Below, piece by piece: positions 9,169 through 20,050 of a DNA stretch of 64,000 nt. The stretch spans positions 1 through 64,000 of the forward strand of contig JAHPZA010000005.1 in assembly GCA_019058445.1 (NCBI GenBank). The letters run 5' to 3'. Every line of letters begins with the position of its first letter. Within the stretch, counting starts at the first letter, position 1. A program made the position numbers and the translations under genes. The stretch is from Promethearchaeota archaeon (GTDB lineage: Archaea > Asgardarchaeota > Lokiarchaeia > Sigyniarchaeales > SOKP01). Under the pieces are notes generated by a model. The model searched no databases. It was not told the origin of the DNA and saw nothing but the letters and a program-made list of their open reading frames with translations.

Positions 9169-12072
9169 TTAAAAAGTAATACCTTTCTTACGAGCTACGT
9201 ATTTTACCTCTTCAAAAGAAATAATACAGATCAACGATATCAAAAAGCATACAAGCCAATCAAATGCTGTCAAATACATGAACATGAAGTTAATGCCTAT
9301 TAATGCTAGAAAAATTTGTACTCCTGGGATATACATGAGGGCAAGAAAAGCTCCAAATAATAAACCGATTATGATATACATGAATTTGCTGCTATCTTCT
9401 TTAAAAGATTTGATCATTGATTTATTTGGACGTCTGATTTGGAATATGAGAAAACTTTCGCAGAAAAATAATGTCACCATTAACATCGTCAAAGCTTTCG
9501 CTATCTGTAAGTTGGTATTTGGTGTCAAATCTTTTGTTTCGGGGCTATAAAGATAGCCGTCGTTAAATGCACCAAAATTATGATTTTCTGGAAATACAGG
9601 ATAAACTCCCGTTAAAACAATGAAATAAGTGATTAACATACACAATGATAATAATGCTCCAAAACACATCATTAAAATTATTGTGTTTTTTGAAAGGATT
9701 TCTTCCGTATCTTTGGGTTGCTCTTTCATAACATCATCTGAGATGATATCAAACGTCAATATCAATCCCGGTAAGGCATGAAGCGTTATGGATAAAAATA
9801 TCCACATAAAATAAAATTCTTCATCTAACCAGAATGGTAAATTAAAAATTACAGCTAGTATAAATTGAACTATTCCTTCAAAAAGATTAATACAAATATA
9901 AAAAAACACGACTGCCCGGATTTTAGCGAAAATACCCCTCCCTCGATGAATACCTTTCACAATCGAGTTAAATGAGTCATCAGATATTACCATATCAGAT
10001 GCTTCTTTAGCCACGTCAGTGCCTTGAATACCCATTGCGATACCTGCATCAGCCATATTTAATGCGAGAGCATCATTAACTCCGTCGCCGGTCATTGCGA
10101 CCACTTTTTTTTCGGCCTGATAACGTTCTATGATTTCCTGTTTATGCTGGGGTGAAACTCTGGCAAATACTTTAATTTTACTAAACTCTTCAAAAGTTTT
10201 ATAATTTTTAATCTCATTACCTTCCACTGCCAAGTCATTCTCATCTGATGTAATAGATATTTGATTGGCGATGGCTTTAGCAGTAGTAGGTGAGTCTCCA
10301 GTAATCATTATAACTTTAACCCCAGCACTATGACATTGTTCTACAGATTCCTTAACGCCCTCTCTGGGAGGATCTAATATAGTTACAAATCCAATGTATA
10401 CCAAATTTGATTCACATATATCCCGTTTATTTTCAAGATCCGGAGGGATTTCTGACATTTCTTTATAGCATAAACTTAGTATTCGGTATCCCTGACTAGC
10501 AAAAATATTTACATTATGTAATATCTTTTCTTTTAACTCAGGAGTGAGGTCCTTTATAACTCCATCTTTTGAGAAAATTTTAGAACATAATGGTAATAAT
10601 ATCTCACTCGCACCCTTTGTAAAGGAATAAACTTTCGAATCCCTTTTATATACTTTTGACATTCTTTTGACCGATGAATCAAAAGGAAATTCTCTGATTG
10701 GCTCATAATCCTCAATTATGAAGTCTCCCATACCTTTTTGAAATAAAACCATTAATGCACCCTCTGTTGGTGAACCAATTACACTCCAATTGTGAATAAT
10801 TTTATTATCTACGGTTATCTCATTTTTCACCAATGCTGAATTATTGTTTAAAAATCCAGAAATTAATAGTTGCTTTAATTGGGGATAATCATTAATGTGA
10901 GAAACTAAAACCACATTTTTCGGATCATTAATTAGAAAAATGTCTCCGTCAGGTTCGTATCCTGCTCCAGAGACTCTAAATGTTGAACCATCTACCCAGA
11001 CGTATTCAATACTCATTTGATTTTTAGTCAACGTTCCTGTTTTATCACTACAAACCACGCTTGTGCGCCCTAAACTGTCAACTGAGGCAAGATTTCGGAT
11101 TATTACCCCTTGACGAGCCATTGCTAAAACTCCAGTAATCAGAACAACAGTAGTTAATAATGGTATATTAATAGGCATAATATCCATAGCCGAATTTAGA
11201 CTTTTTACAATGTCTAACCGAGTAAATCCACTCGCAACCCAGATTATCATTAATGTTATAAACCAGAAAACCACTACTGCTAAACCAAGCCATTTACCAA
11301 AATTATTCATTTTTTTTCTTATAGGTATTTCACTCGTTCCAGCTTCCTCTAATCCTTGAGAAATTTTTCCAATCTCCGTATTCCCTCCAGTGCTTACAGT
11401 TATGGCGGTACCATTCCCTGTAGTTATATAGGTTCCATAAAAAACCATATTTTTTCGACTACCAATAGGAATTTCTTGTTCTGTTAACGCATCTCCTTTT
11501 TCAAGTTTTTTAACTGGTTCACTTTCTCCAGTTAAAGATGCTTCATTCACTTCAAGATTAGTAGATTGAATAATTCTTCCATCGGCTGGAATTTTATCTC
11601 CTTGACTTAAAACCAACATATCTCCAGGCACCACTTTTTTCGTGGGAATATCCACCTTAGCACCATTTCTAATAACAGTCGTTGTTGGTGCGGATAATTC
11701 TCTTAAAGCTTTCAATTTCTTTGTGGCTCGATACTGTTGGAAAATAGCAATAAAACAATTAATAGCAACAATCCCTAGGGTTGCAAAAATAAATGTTAAA
11801 TTCCCTCCTAAACCAAAAATAGATGCTAAAAAAATGACTAGAGCCCCTATTAGATAAATCACAATGAGCCAATTGAACAAAGGTGCAAGATATATCTTTA
11901 TAAAACCTTTGGACACCTTAGGGATTTCATTCATTCCATATTTTTCTAGTCTTATTTCGGCATCTTCAATGTTTAGGCCTTCTTTAGGATTAGTTTGGTA
12001 TTTATCGTAAATTTCTTCTAAATCCCATTTATAATAGTTCTGATCGATAGGTTCAATTTCCGTGACTGTCAT
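9169..12072 (-). CDS. P-type ATPase, P2-like scaffold, atypical ion site (PINIP)
   Basis: LTGES, CSDKTGTLT, KGASE, DPPR, TGD and MTGDGVND motifs; about 10 TM segments. Confidence 0.95.
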   Translation of the reverse strand: MTVTEIEPIDQNYYKWDLEEIYDKYQTNPKEGLNIEDAEIRLEKYGMNEIPKVSKGFIKIYLAPLFNWLIVIYLIGALVIFLASIFGLGGNLTFIFATLGIVAINCFIAIFQQYRATKKLKALRELSAPTTTVIRNGAKVDIPTKKVVPGDMLVLSQGDKIPADGRIIQSTNLEVNEASLTGESEPVKKLEKGDALTEQEIPIGSRKNMVFYGTYITTGNGTAITVSTGGNTEIGKISQGLEEAGTSEIPIRKKMNNFGKWLGLAVVVFWFITLMIIWVASGFTRLDIVKSLNSAMDIMPINIPLLTTVVLITGVLAMARQGVIIRNLASVDSLGRTSVVCSDKTGTLTKNQMSIEYVWVDGSTFRVSGAGYEPDGDIFLINDPKNVVLVSHINDYPQLKQLLISGFLNNNSALVKNEITVDNKIIHNWSVIGSPTEGALMVLFQKGMGDFIIEDYEPIREFPFDSSVKRMSKVYKRDSKVYSFTKGASEILLPLCSKIFSKDGVIKDLTPELKEKILHNVNIFASQGYRILSLCYKEMSEIPPDLENKRDICESNLVYIGFVTILDPPREGVKESVEQCHSAGVKVIMITGDSPTTAKAIANQISITSDENDLAVEGNEIKNYKTFEEFSKIKVFARVSPQHKQEIIERYQAEKKVVAMTGDGVNDALALNMADAGIAMGIQGTDVAKEASDMVISDDSFNSIVKGIHRGRGIFAKIRAVVFFYICINLFEGIVQFILAVIFNLPFWLDEEFYFMWIFLSITLHALPGLILTFDIISDDVMKEQPKDTEEILSKNTIILMMCFGALLSLCMLITYFIVLTGVYPVFPENHNFGAFNDGYLYSPETKDLTPNTNLQIAKALTMLMVTLFFCESFLIFQIRRPNKSMIKSFKEDSSKFMYIIIGLLFGAFLALMYIPGVQIFLALIGINFMFMYLTAFDWLVCFLISLICIISFEEVKYVARKKGITF

Positions 12073-12164
12073 TAGAAGATCTAATTGCTGTTATTATTTA
12101 TTTTTTCTAATAAAATATAAAATATTATAATAAGACTAATAATAATAATCATTTTTAATTTATT

Positions 12165-15065
12165 CTAAAAGATTATATTTTTTCTTCGAGCGTAAAATTT
12201 AAAAAATTCAATCCCAAATATTCCTGGTAAGGCAAGTAAAATGCAAATTAACCAGTCTGTAGCCGAAAGGAACATAAAATTAATTTGAAGGTTAAGATTT
12301 AACTCATCATTTATAGTACTGTTAAATTCAAATGAATTACAAATCACATATATGTGAAGGGATATTGTGATTAAACAAATGATTAATAACTTAAACGAAA
12401 AATCCTCATCACGAATGCTCTTAATTAGAGATTTATTGGGTCTACGAATTGTCCAAATAAAGAATGATTCCACAAGATATAAGGTAGTTATGAACATGGT
12501 CCTAGCTTTCATTGCTCTTAATTCTTCTGATGATGTACCTTTTGGAATATAACTCAGTTTAAGAAATTCATTTGTATTCCACCCATTCAATGGAATAATA
12601 CCTGATAACGTTAATTGAATAGCCAAGACTAATCCTATACCCATTAAAAATGCTTGAATCAACAATAATATCCACATATTTTTGCTTAATAATTCTTCTT
12701 CATTTCTTGGCGGCTCTTTCATGATATCTTTAGGTTGGGTATCTATAACCAACGCTAAAGAGGGAAGTGAATGAACGATGCCAAATATATAAATGTGCTG
12801 CCAATTTGAACTGAACAATACAAATTCAGGGATAAATTCATAACTAAAGAATATAGTAGCCTCCATGATGTTCAAACAAATGAAAAAAAAGATAATTGTT
12901 CTGATCTTAGAAAATAAGCCCCTCCCAATTTTTACCCCTTCTTCTATAGATACAAAATTATCGTCAGATATGACCATGTCTGAGGTTTCCTTTGCAACAT
13001 CAGTTCCAGTGATACCCATCGCGATTCCGGCATTTGCCATTTTTAGAGCTAATGCGTCATTTATTCCATCACCAGTCATCGCTACAACTTTATTTTCTCT
13101 CTGATAGTTTCTTACAATTATTTCTTTATCGGAAGGAGCTACCCGAGCGAACACAGATACATTTTTAAAACCTGTTTCGGTTAAATCCTGAATTTTATCT
13201 CCTTCGACTACGAGATCACCCTCTTTATATATTCTCATTTGTGAAGCAATTGTTTTTGCCGTCGCTGGGTGATCCCCGGTAACCATTATAACTTTTATTC
13301 CAGCGGACTGACATTCTTCAACCGATTCCCGCACTCCTAATCGAGGAGGGTCTATAATCGATACAAAACCCAAGTAAATAAGGTCTTCCTCTATTTCTTC
13401 TCTAATTGGTTTATCTACTTCATCGATCTTTTTATAGGCAATTGCTAAAGTCCTATACCCTTGGATTGCTCGTCGGCGAATCCTATTCGAAATTTCTTTT
13501 TTTAATTTCTCATTAAAAGGCTTAATTTTCCCATTAATTTCAATTTGGGTTGATATGTTGATAATTCTTTCAGGAGCTCCTTTTGCAAAAGCTAATATTT
13601 CTTTATCATTTTCGACTGAACTGCATATGGTGGTCATCCTTTTAAATTCTGAACTAAATGAAAATTCAACTAATATATTGTACCTATTTTGAATGTCATA
13701 AGGAATGAATCCCGCTTTTTCTGCCAAAACTAATAATGCGGCTTCTGTTGGTGATCCTATTGCTCTTCTTATTGCCATTTCCTTCTTTTCACCAACTCTC
13801 ACCTTCACATCTTCATAGATGAGCTTCGCATTATTATTAATTATAATAGATTCAATAAATTTTTGAAAGGTTGGGTTTTCCTCTAAAGTAATAACTTGTC
13901 CATCCAATACAATTTCTCCAGGTTCTTCATATCCTGCTCCCGTAACTCCATATTCCATATCATTTATCTCAAACTTTTCAACTGACATCTCGTTTTTTGT
14001 AATTGTTCCTGTTTTGTCTGTACAAATTACAGAAACACGACCAAGAGATTCAATGGCAGATAAATTTTTAATAATAACTCCATTTTGAGCCATATTTAAA
14101 ACACCAGTAATTAACACCAAAGTTGATAAAAGAGGTAAATTGATGGGCACTACATTCATTGCTCTTAGAATAGAATCTACTAAGACTTTACTAACTAATT
14201 GATTCTGATTTAATAATTCGAAAAAATCTAAATTATTCATTATCATCAAGATAGAAAATTTGTAGATAATTAATATGATCAAATTGATTATCACAATTAC
14301 CCCTAACATATAGCCTAAACGATTTAATTTGCGAGTTAATGGGATATCTTCAATGCTTCCCATTTCGTTCAATTGACTGGAAATTTTTCCGATCTCAGTA
14401 TTAATTCCAGTGCATACTACTAGTGCTTTAGCCCTTCCAGTCCTAACATATGTTCCCATAAATAACATATTATTTTGTTTTTGGATTGGTAAGCTGTTAT
14501 TTTTTTTAATAATTTTATTATTTTTTACTACAGGTTCACTTTCACCGGTTAATGGAGCTTCATCAATCGTAAGATTCATATACTCTACAATTCGGCTATC
14601 AGCGGGAATTTTATCTCCTTCTTTTACTAGGACAATATCTCCCGGTACTAACTCTCGAGTGGGCATTTCAAATTCAAAACCATCCCTTAAAACAGACGTT
14701 TTTAGAGCAGCAATTCTCTGCAACGACTCCAATGCCTTTTGAGCTCTATATTGCTGACCAATTGCAGTTCCCGAATTTATAATAACCACTGTAAAAGTTA
14801 TAATTGTTGACTCTGGTTGCCCTAAAATGATAATTATCCCTCCCGTTATGATAAGAATAATGATCAAAAAGTTGAACAATGGAGCGAGGTAGATCTTCCA
14901 TAAGGATTTCTTGATCTTAGGAAGCTCATTATATCCAAATTCTAGGTATTTATCTTCCAAATGTTCAGCTGGTAAGCCATTGTTTAAATCTGTGTTAAAT
15001 TCAGTGATTAACTCATCTAAAGATTGATAATAATAACTTTTCTGTATACTATGATTATGTGACAT
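12165..15065 (-). CDS. P-type ATPase paralogue, atypical ion site (PINLP)
   Basis: LTGES, CTDKTGTIT, KGAPE, DPPR and MTGDGIND motifs; co-oriented, ending about 90 bp before the start of its paralogue. Confidence 0.95.
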   Translation of the reverse strand: MSHNHSIQKSYYYQSLDELITEFNTDLNNGLPAEHLEDKYLEFGYNELPKIKKSLWKIYLAPLFNFLIIILIITGGIIIILGQPESTIITFTVVIINSGTAIGQQYRAQKALESLQRIAALKTSVLRDGFEFEMPTRELVPGDIVLVKEGDKIPADSRIVEYMNLTIDEAPLTGESEPVVKNNKIIKKNNSLPIQKQNNMLFMGTYVRTGRAKALVVCTGINTEIGKISSQLNEMGSIEDIPLTRKLNRLGYMLGVIVIINLIILIIYKFSILMIMNNLDFFELLNQNQLVSKVLVDSILRAMNVVPINLPLLSTLVLITGVLNMAQNGVIIKNLSAIESLGRVSVICTDKTGTITKNEMSVEKFEINDMEYGVTGAGYEEPGEIVLDGQVITLEENPTFQKFIESIIINNNAKLIYEDVKVRVGEKKEMAIRRAIGSPTEAALLVLAEKAGFIPYDIQNRYNILVEFSFSSEFKRMTTICSSVENDKEILAFAKGAPERIINISTQIEINGKIKPFNEKLKKEISNRIRRRAIQGYRTLAIAYKKIDEVDKPIREEIEEDLIYLGFVSIIDPPRLGVRESVEECQSAGIKVIMVTGDHPATAKTIASQMRIYKEGDLVVEGDKIQDLTETGFKNVSVFARVAPSDKEIIVRNYQRENKVVAMTGDGINDALALKMANAGIAMGITGTDVAKETSDMVISDDNFVSIEEGVKIGRGLFSKIRTIIFFFICLNIMEATIFFSYEFIPEFVLFSSNWQHIYIFGIVHSLPSLALVIDTQPKDIMKEPPRNEEELLSKNMWILLLIQAFLMGIGLVLAIQLTLSGIIPLNGWNTNEFLKLSYIPKGTSSEELRAMKARTMFITTLYLVESFFIWTIRRPNKSLIKSIRDEDFSFKLLIICLITISLHIYVICNSFEFNSTINDELNLNLQINFMFLSATDWLICILLALPGIFGIEFFKFYARRKNIIF

Positions 15066-15180
15066 TGTGGTCTATTTAGAAAAAATATACCTTACTCAAA
15101 TTATAATAATGTAATGAATTAATGCTTTATAATGATTTATTTTACATTACTATTGACTTATATGTATAGATAAATAGCAA

Positions 15181-16152
15181 TTAAAGGGATGACCTATTCC
15201 TTTCTTGCTTAGGGGTCCCTAAAATATCTTTCAAAATGTTAAACTTCTTTCTAATAGTTGTGCTTGAAAATTTCGTAGCCTCTTCAATTAAGCTTTGTGT
15301 AAATATTTTACGATTCTCCAAACATTGTCCTGTATAATAAATTAGTCCTGCAGTAAATGCTTTATAATTTAGGTTTTTTAAATGAGAGTAAGAAATTTCA
15401 TTGAGTAGTTGATCGGCTATTAATTGCATTTCTACTTGCACTTTATTATATTCACTTTTACTAGGGATATGATCTTTCACCTTTTCATAGGGAATATTGT
15501 GCAAATCCTTCCCAAAAAGAATCTTTATTCTGTGCTTTATTTCTTTTTCGATCTCATTAGTGGTTTTAAGTTTTTTCCATACTTTTTCTGATTTTTTTAC
15601 TTTTAGCATTGCATTATTGAGCATTTTCTTGTTTATTTTGTGCCCTAATTCATTCGAGATTTCTATAAAACGCTCTATTCTTATGTTAGTTGTGTCTTTA
15701 ATTTCCATCCATACAATTGCGAGAAAGATAATTACCATATTTTGATAGGATTTTCTATGATTCCTATTATACTTGAGATACCTTTTTTTAATTGCCTCAT
15801 ATTTTGTGGTATCCGTGTTGATATCATAACTTTTCAAAAATTCTATTGTTTTTCGTTGTTCTGAGAAACTAGTTTGATAATCTCGATACCATTTTTCTAA
15901 TGTCTGTATTCGATCATATTGCTGCTTAATGATAGGATCTTGCTTGGCTTTTGAATCTCTCACTCTTATAGCTCGCTCATAATCCAACTGACTTTCTTTA
16001 TAATGATCGTCTATAGCGACGGTATCAACAAAATCTATGTTATCATCTAGCACAATGCCACAATCTTGGCATACGAGAAATCCTGAATCTCGCTTTACAT
16101 TTTTATGCTGGCAATTGGAGACCTCATGGTTTTCTTGGTTAGGATTTGTCAA
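15181..16152 (-). CDS. Divergent TFIIB/TFB-like protein (Zn ribbon plus cyclin-like repeats)
   Basis: CQH...LVCQDCGIVL Zn ribbon; C-terminal YKAFTAGLIYY...TQSLIEEATKFSSTTIRKKF resembles the second TFB repeat HTH. Confidence 0.75.
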   Translation of the reverse strand: MTNPNQENHEVSNCQHKNVKRDSGFLVCQDCGIVLDDNIDFVDTVAIDDHYKESQLDYERAIRVRDSKAKQDPIIKQQYDRIQTLEKWYRDYQTSFSEQRKTIEFLKSYDINTDTTKYEAIKKRYLKYNRNHRKSYQNMVIIFLAIVWMEIKDTTNIRIERFIEISNELGHKINKKMLNNAMLKVKKSEKVWKKLKTTNEIEKEIKHRIKILFGKDLHNIPYEKVKDHIPSKSEYNKVQVEMQLIADQLLNEISYSHLKNLNYKAFTAGLIYYTGQCLENRKIFTQSLIEEATKFSSTTIRKKFNILKDILGTPKQERNRSSL

Positions 16153-16311
16153 AGAAAAATTAGCCCGGTTAAAATATTATGAAAATTGTCTGATGAACTA
16201 ATGTATTAATTCATTTAAAAATTTTTTATTATGAAATTATAAAAAGCTTTTTTATTAATAGCAATCAAATATATAACTATAATAAATTTTATTTAATTTC
16301 AAATTGAAAAT

Positions 16312-16890
16312 GTGATTTTAAAAATGGAATATGAAGCGATTAAGAAATGGGTACAAGGTTTTGGTCTTATTTTTATCATAAGTTCTATAATAGAGCTAAT
16401 TAACACTATTCTCCTCCTTAATACTCAAGTAAAATTTAAAGGAAAAACATATACCATGCAAGAACTATTTTTCAGTTCTGGAAGATTGCCACCTACGACT
16501 CCATATATATTTGTCTTCTTAGTCTGTTCCATTTGCTGTTTTTTAATTTTTGGCTTCTTGCTAATTAAGATTGTGTCAAAAGATATTGATTTTAGATTAA
16601 TGGCTAAATATATATTAGTTTTGGGAGTGTTAACCTTGCTATTCTCATATATTAAATTGGGATATATCACTTATATAGAACGAGGTAAAATGTGTCTTAA
16701 CGGGGAGAAAATTACATTTCACTATTTTGTATGGAAATACAATACTTCAGTTATAGGACCATATTCCCTTCTTATTCTTTGGACGTTTTATACTGCGACG
16801 GTGTGTGCATATTTGATAATTGGGCTGGTAATGTCTGGAGGAGCCCTAAGTTGGTTAATAGAACTTACTAAACAACAATCTAAAGATTAG
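16312..16890 (+). CDS. Hypothetical 4-TM membrane protein
   Basis: Four hydrophobic segments separated by loops. Confidence 0.75.
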   Translation: MILKMEYEAIKKWVQGFGLIFIISSIIELINTILLLNTQVKFKGKTYTMQELFFSSGRLPPTTPYIFVFLVCSICCFLIFGFLLIKIVSKDIDFRLMAKYILVLGVLTLLFSYIKLGYITYIERGKMCLNGEKITFHYFVWKYNTSVIGPYSLLILWTFYTATVCAYLIIGLVMSGGALSWLIELTKQQSKD

Positions 16891-17008
16891 AAATCCAAAT
16901 AAAAAAATATGCAAGATTTTATAATTTACTTTGCACTATTAAAACGATTTTGATTATTGAAATATTTAAGTCTCTTGAAAGAGATTATAACTATTCTAAT
17001 CCCCCTTA

Positions 17009-17908
17009 TTATTTTGTGGTTTTTGCTGCTAATATCCAAGTTTCACGTATTTTCTGCCTACCTTTCAATTCTTCGAGTTTAGACCTCGGAATTTTGGCAA
17101 GGAATCTTCTTGAACTTACCTGGGCTGAAGGAACTTCAATTTTCTTAAAAATATCAAATTTACAGTTCTCAAAAAAAGCTTTAGCTGATTTAAAAGTCTC
17201 AAATTTATTTTCCTCGACATGATGTTTAGCTTTAAATTCCCTTCCCTTCTCATCAAAAATATCCAGCGCAAGTTCAGATTGCCTATTCTTTTTTGTATAT
17301 ATATCTGCGGTTATCCAATTTCCACCCCGATTACTCAATATCTTATGGATTATTGTACATAATTTTCTTTTTTGCTTCTGATCTAGATAGACTAATAGGC
17401 CTTCATTAACAACTGCTATAGGGCCAGGAGGAAAAAGATCAATGATTTCAGTAAAAACTTTTTCATCTAATACATTCAAACCATGCATGATCAGATTATC
17501 TATAGGATAATTACAATATTTTTTAGCTAATTCCAGCACAATAATCCTTTTATCTTCTATTAATTGAGGTAAATCAGTATCGACATAGAAAATCTCTGGA
17601 TTTTTACAAAGGCTTAACCCGCGAAAAGAGAAACCAGACGAAAATTCAAGAATATTTTTTATACCTATTTTAGACAGAGCTTCATCTATTGACCAATACC
17701 TAGTTTCGAAATGAATACATCTTAATATAAATTGAAGTGAATTTAATTCTTCTTGAGTAAATCGGGGGTGATTCTCACTCCAGATCATTTCGACAGCTTC
17801 CCTTGCAAAAGGAATGGTGGTAACTGCTTTGGTTAATAATAATGATCTGGCAGAGGGACTGATTGAATCAAATGCAGAGTTAAATGAACTATTCATTATA
17901 GTGATCAA
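17009..17908 (-). CDS. Class I SAM-dependent methyltransferase (LCM/TcmP-like)
   Basis: FETRY, ILEFSSGFSFRG, YVDTDLP, NEGLLVYL. Confidence 0.8.
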   Translation of the reverse strand: MITIMNSSFNSAFDSISPSARSLLLTKAVTTIPFAREAVEMIWSENHPRFTQEELNSLQFILRCIHFETRYWSIDEALSKIGIKNILEFSSGFSFRGLSLCKNPEIFYVDTDLPQLIEDKRIIVLELAKKYCNYPIDNLIMHGLNVLDEKVFTEIIDLFPPGPIAVVNEGLLVYLDQKQKRKLCTIIHKILSNRGGNWITADIYTKKNRQSELALDIFDEKGREFKAKHHVEENKFETFKSAKAFFENCKFDIFKKIEVPSAQVSSRRFLAKIPRSKLEELKGRQKIRETWILAAKTTK

Positions 17909-17980
17909 ATAAATAAAAATATAAAAACTATAATTTTAACTTTTTAAATTGTATAGATAACGACTAATTTGGGGAAATCT

Positions 17981-18919
17981 TTACAATTTGCTCTTGATCT
18001 GCTTGGCTCTACTTCTAAGTGTGACTTCTGTTATTTTTGCTACATCTGCTACTGCCGATTGCGTTTTGCGTAATGATCCGTCCTTAGCTGCTATATAAAT
18101 ACAAGCAGCTGCTAAACCCTTAGGATCTTTACCTGTTCTTTTTAATCCATTCTTGGATGCGTTTTTTAACATTTCAATTGCAGTTTTTTGAATGTTCATT
18201 GGTAAACTAAGCTCATTTCCAAAACGGAATACAAGCGACTCTGCGGTTATAGGCTGATATTTTAAATTGAGCTCAGGTAATACTTCCCTTATAATCATAG
18301 CTAAACTTCTATGAACAGTTCTTCGTGGAGTTAAAGACGCTTCACATACTTCATCAAGTAAACGCGGAAAGTCATGAACTCTTATTGCGGCGTATAGGGC
18401 TCCTGCAATAAAGCCATTAATAGATCGTCCCATTGTTAACTTTTTCTTTGCAACAAGAGAGTAAATTTTCCAAGCACTATCAGAAATATATTCAGGTATA
18501 TTTAATTTAGAACAGAGCATTTTTAATTTGGGCTTTGCTTCCCAGAAATTTCTTTCTATGCTTGAAATTAATGAATTCTGAATTTTTGATAATCGTGAAA
18601 AGAGTGCTTGCTCTTTTGCCCCGATTGATTTTCCTTTCGAATCTGTTTTAGTATTTGGGAGCATCGTTCGCGGACCAAAATCTCTCCATCTCGGTTCGGT
18701 TCGTTTCCGATTCTGGATCTCTTCAACAGTATAAGCCCTTCTCTCATTACCCACAAATTCTTTTTGAAAAATCATCCCGCAATTCAAACAAACTCGGTTG
18801 CCATCTCTTAATTGAATTGAAGGTTCCTCACAACAATCAGGATTGCTTTTAGGTAAATCTTCCTCTTCAAGGATGTTATTCCTACTAGTTCTTAAATATA
18901 ATCTGCGATTAGGTTCCAT
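17981..18919 (-). CDS. tfb: Transcription initiation factor IIB (TFB) paralogue
   Basis: Zn ribbon (CC...VCLNCG) and two cyclin repeats: LTMGRSI...LYAAIR and TGKDPKGLAAACIYIAA...TQSAVADVAKITEVTLRSR. Confidence 0.93.
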   Translation of the reverse strand: MEPNRRLYLRTSRNNILEEEDLPKSNPDCCEEPSIQLRDGNRVCLNCGMIFQKEFVGNERRAYTVEEIQNRKRTEPRWRDFGPRTMLPNTKTDSKGKSIGAKEQALFSRLSKIQNSLISSIERNFWEAKPKLKMLCSKLNIPEYISDSAWKIYSLVAKKKLTMGRSINGFIAGALYAAIRVHDFPRLLDEVCEASLTPRRTVHRSLAMIIREVLPELNLKYQPITAESLVFRFGNELSLPMNIQKTAIEMLKNASKNGLKRTGKDPKGLAAACIYIAAKDGSLRKTQSAVADVAKITEVTLRSRAKQIKSKL

Positions 18920-19303
18920 TTTTAATCCTTAAACTTAATATTTGATAATTTTTTTACAATATAGCCTATATACTTTATATATTAGACTAAACACTTTCTA
19001 CTTAAGTTAGAGTATAATATGCACACTTACATATTTAAATATATGTCTCGAATTGCAAATTTTTTATTTATTTAGATAAGTGTTTAAGTAATTTATTTAA
19101 AACTTTTACATAAAGAGAAAAAAAATGAATTTTATTATATCAAATTTTAATTCTATTGAACAAAAATACAGTAAATTAATAAATTTTCTTTTATCACTGT
19201 CTTTAACTCCGAATACACTATATTTTTTATTACCCCAATTATTAATAGTTTTGAAAGACTTTTGGTTTTAACTAGAAAATCAAAATAATTTGAGGAAATC
19301 AAG

Positions 19304-19819
19304 ATGGATTTCTATGAAGTTGTGAAAAAAAGAAGAAGTTTCCGTGTTTATAAACCTGATATGCCGGAAAAAGAAAAAATTGAAAGAATTTTGGATGCAG
19401 CGAGGTTGGCTCCAACATGGGCAAATATGCAAGGAGTACATTACATAATAGTTCAAGATTCAGAAAAGGTTAAAGCAGTTTGGAAGGCAGTGGGACAAAG
19501 ACGAAAATTTGCAGAAGCCCCCATGTTTATCGTGGGGATTATAAGAGAAAAAGGTTCAGGTATGAATGCAAATGGTGAAAAATATTATGGTGTAGATTTT
19601 GGTATTTGTTTTGAGCATTTAATCTTAGCTGCTACCGCTGAAGGATTGGCTACTTGTTGGATAGGCTTCTTTAATGAGAATAAAATAAAAAAGATCCTTA
19701 GCGTCCCGGAGGACTATCGAGTGTTGGGACTTACACCTTTAGGGTATTCTACAAAGGAGAAGGGGAGCGTTTCTGATCGAAAATCATTAAGCAAAATAGT
19801 TCATTGGGAAAAGTTTTAA
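19304..19819 (+). CDS. Nitroreductase family protein
   Basis: KRRSFRVY, AARLAPTWANMQ, EGLATCWIG, PLGY; GAGGA RBS upstream. Confidence 0.93.
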   Translation: MDFYEVVKKRRSFRVYKPDMPEKEKIERILDAARLAPTWANMQGVHYIIVQDSEKVKAVWKAVGQRRKFAEAPMFIVGIIREKGSGMNANGEKYYGVDFGICFEHLILAATAEGLATCWIGFFNENKIKKILSVPEDYRVLGLTPLGYSTKEKGSVSDRKSLSKIVHWEKF

Positions 19820-20050
19820 GCAGTTTTTTTTATTTTTTATTGATTTCATTATTATAACTAAAGAAGAAAAACAGTAATCAGATTAACAAATTCCTTTTTT
19901 GTGGTAAGAAGTACACAGTTTGTGGTAAAATATTTCTATTTCTGTACAAAGAAATACATATATCGTTATCTTTAAATAATAACTTACAAGATTGTACATA
20001 GAAACTAATATTTTTTTCTAATAATTACTTTCAAAAAAAATTGGCGAAAT

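Noticed and set aside
9169-15065. Annotation as SERCA-type Ca2+ pumps, or as true P4 flippases
   Set aside because: Site II ligands are missing, which argues against SERCA. The cytoplasmic motifs are P2-type (TGES rather than DGET), so a P4 call is also unsupported.
16312-16890. Tetraspanin or claudin homologue
   Set aside because: Four TM segments, but no CCG or W-GLW-C-C signature visible.
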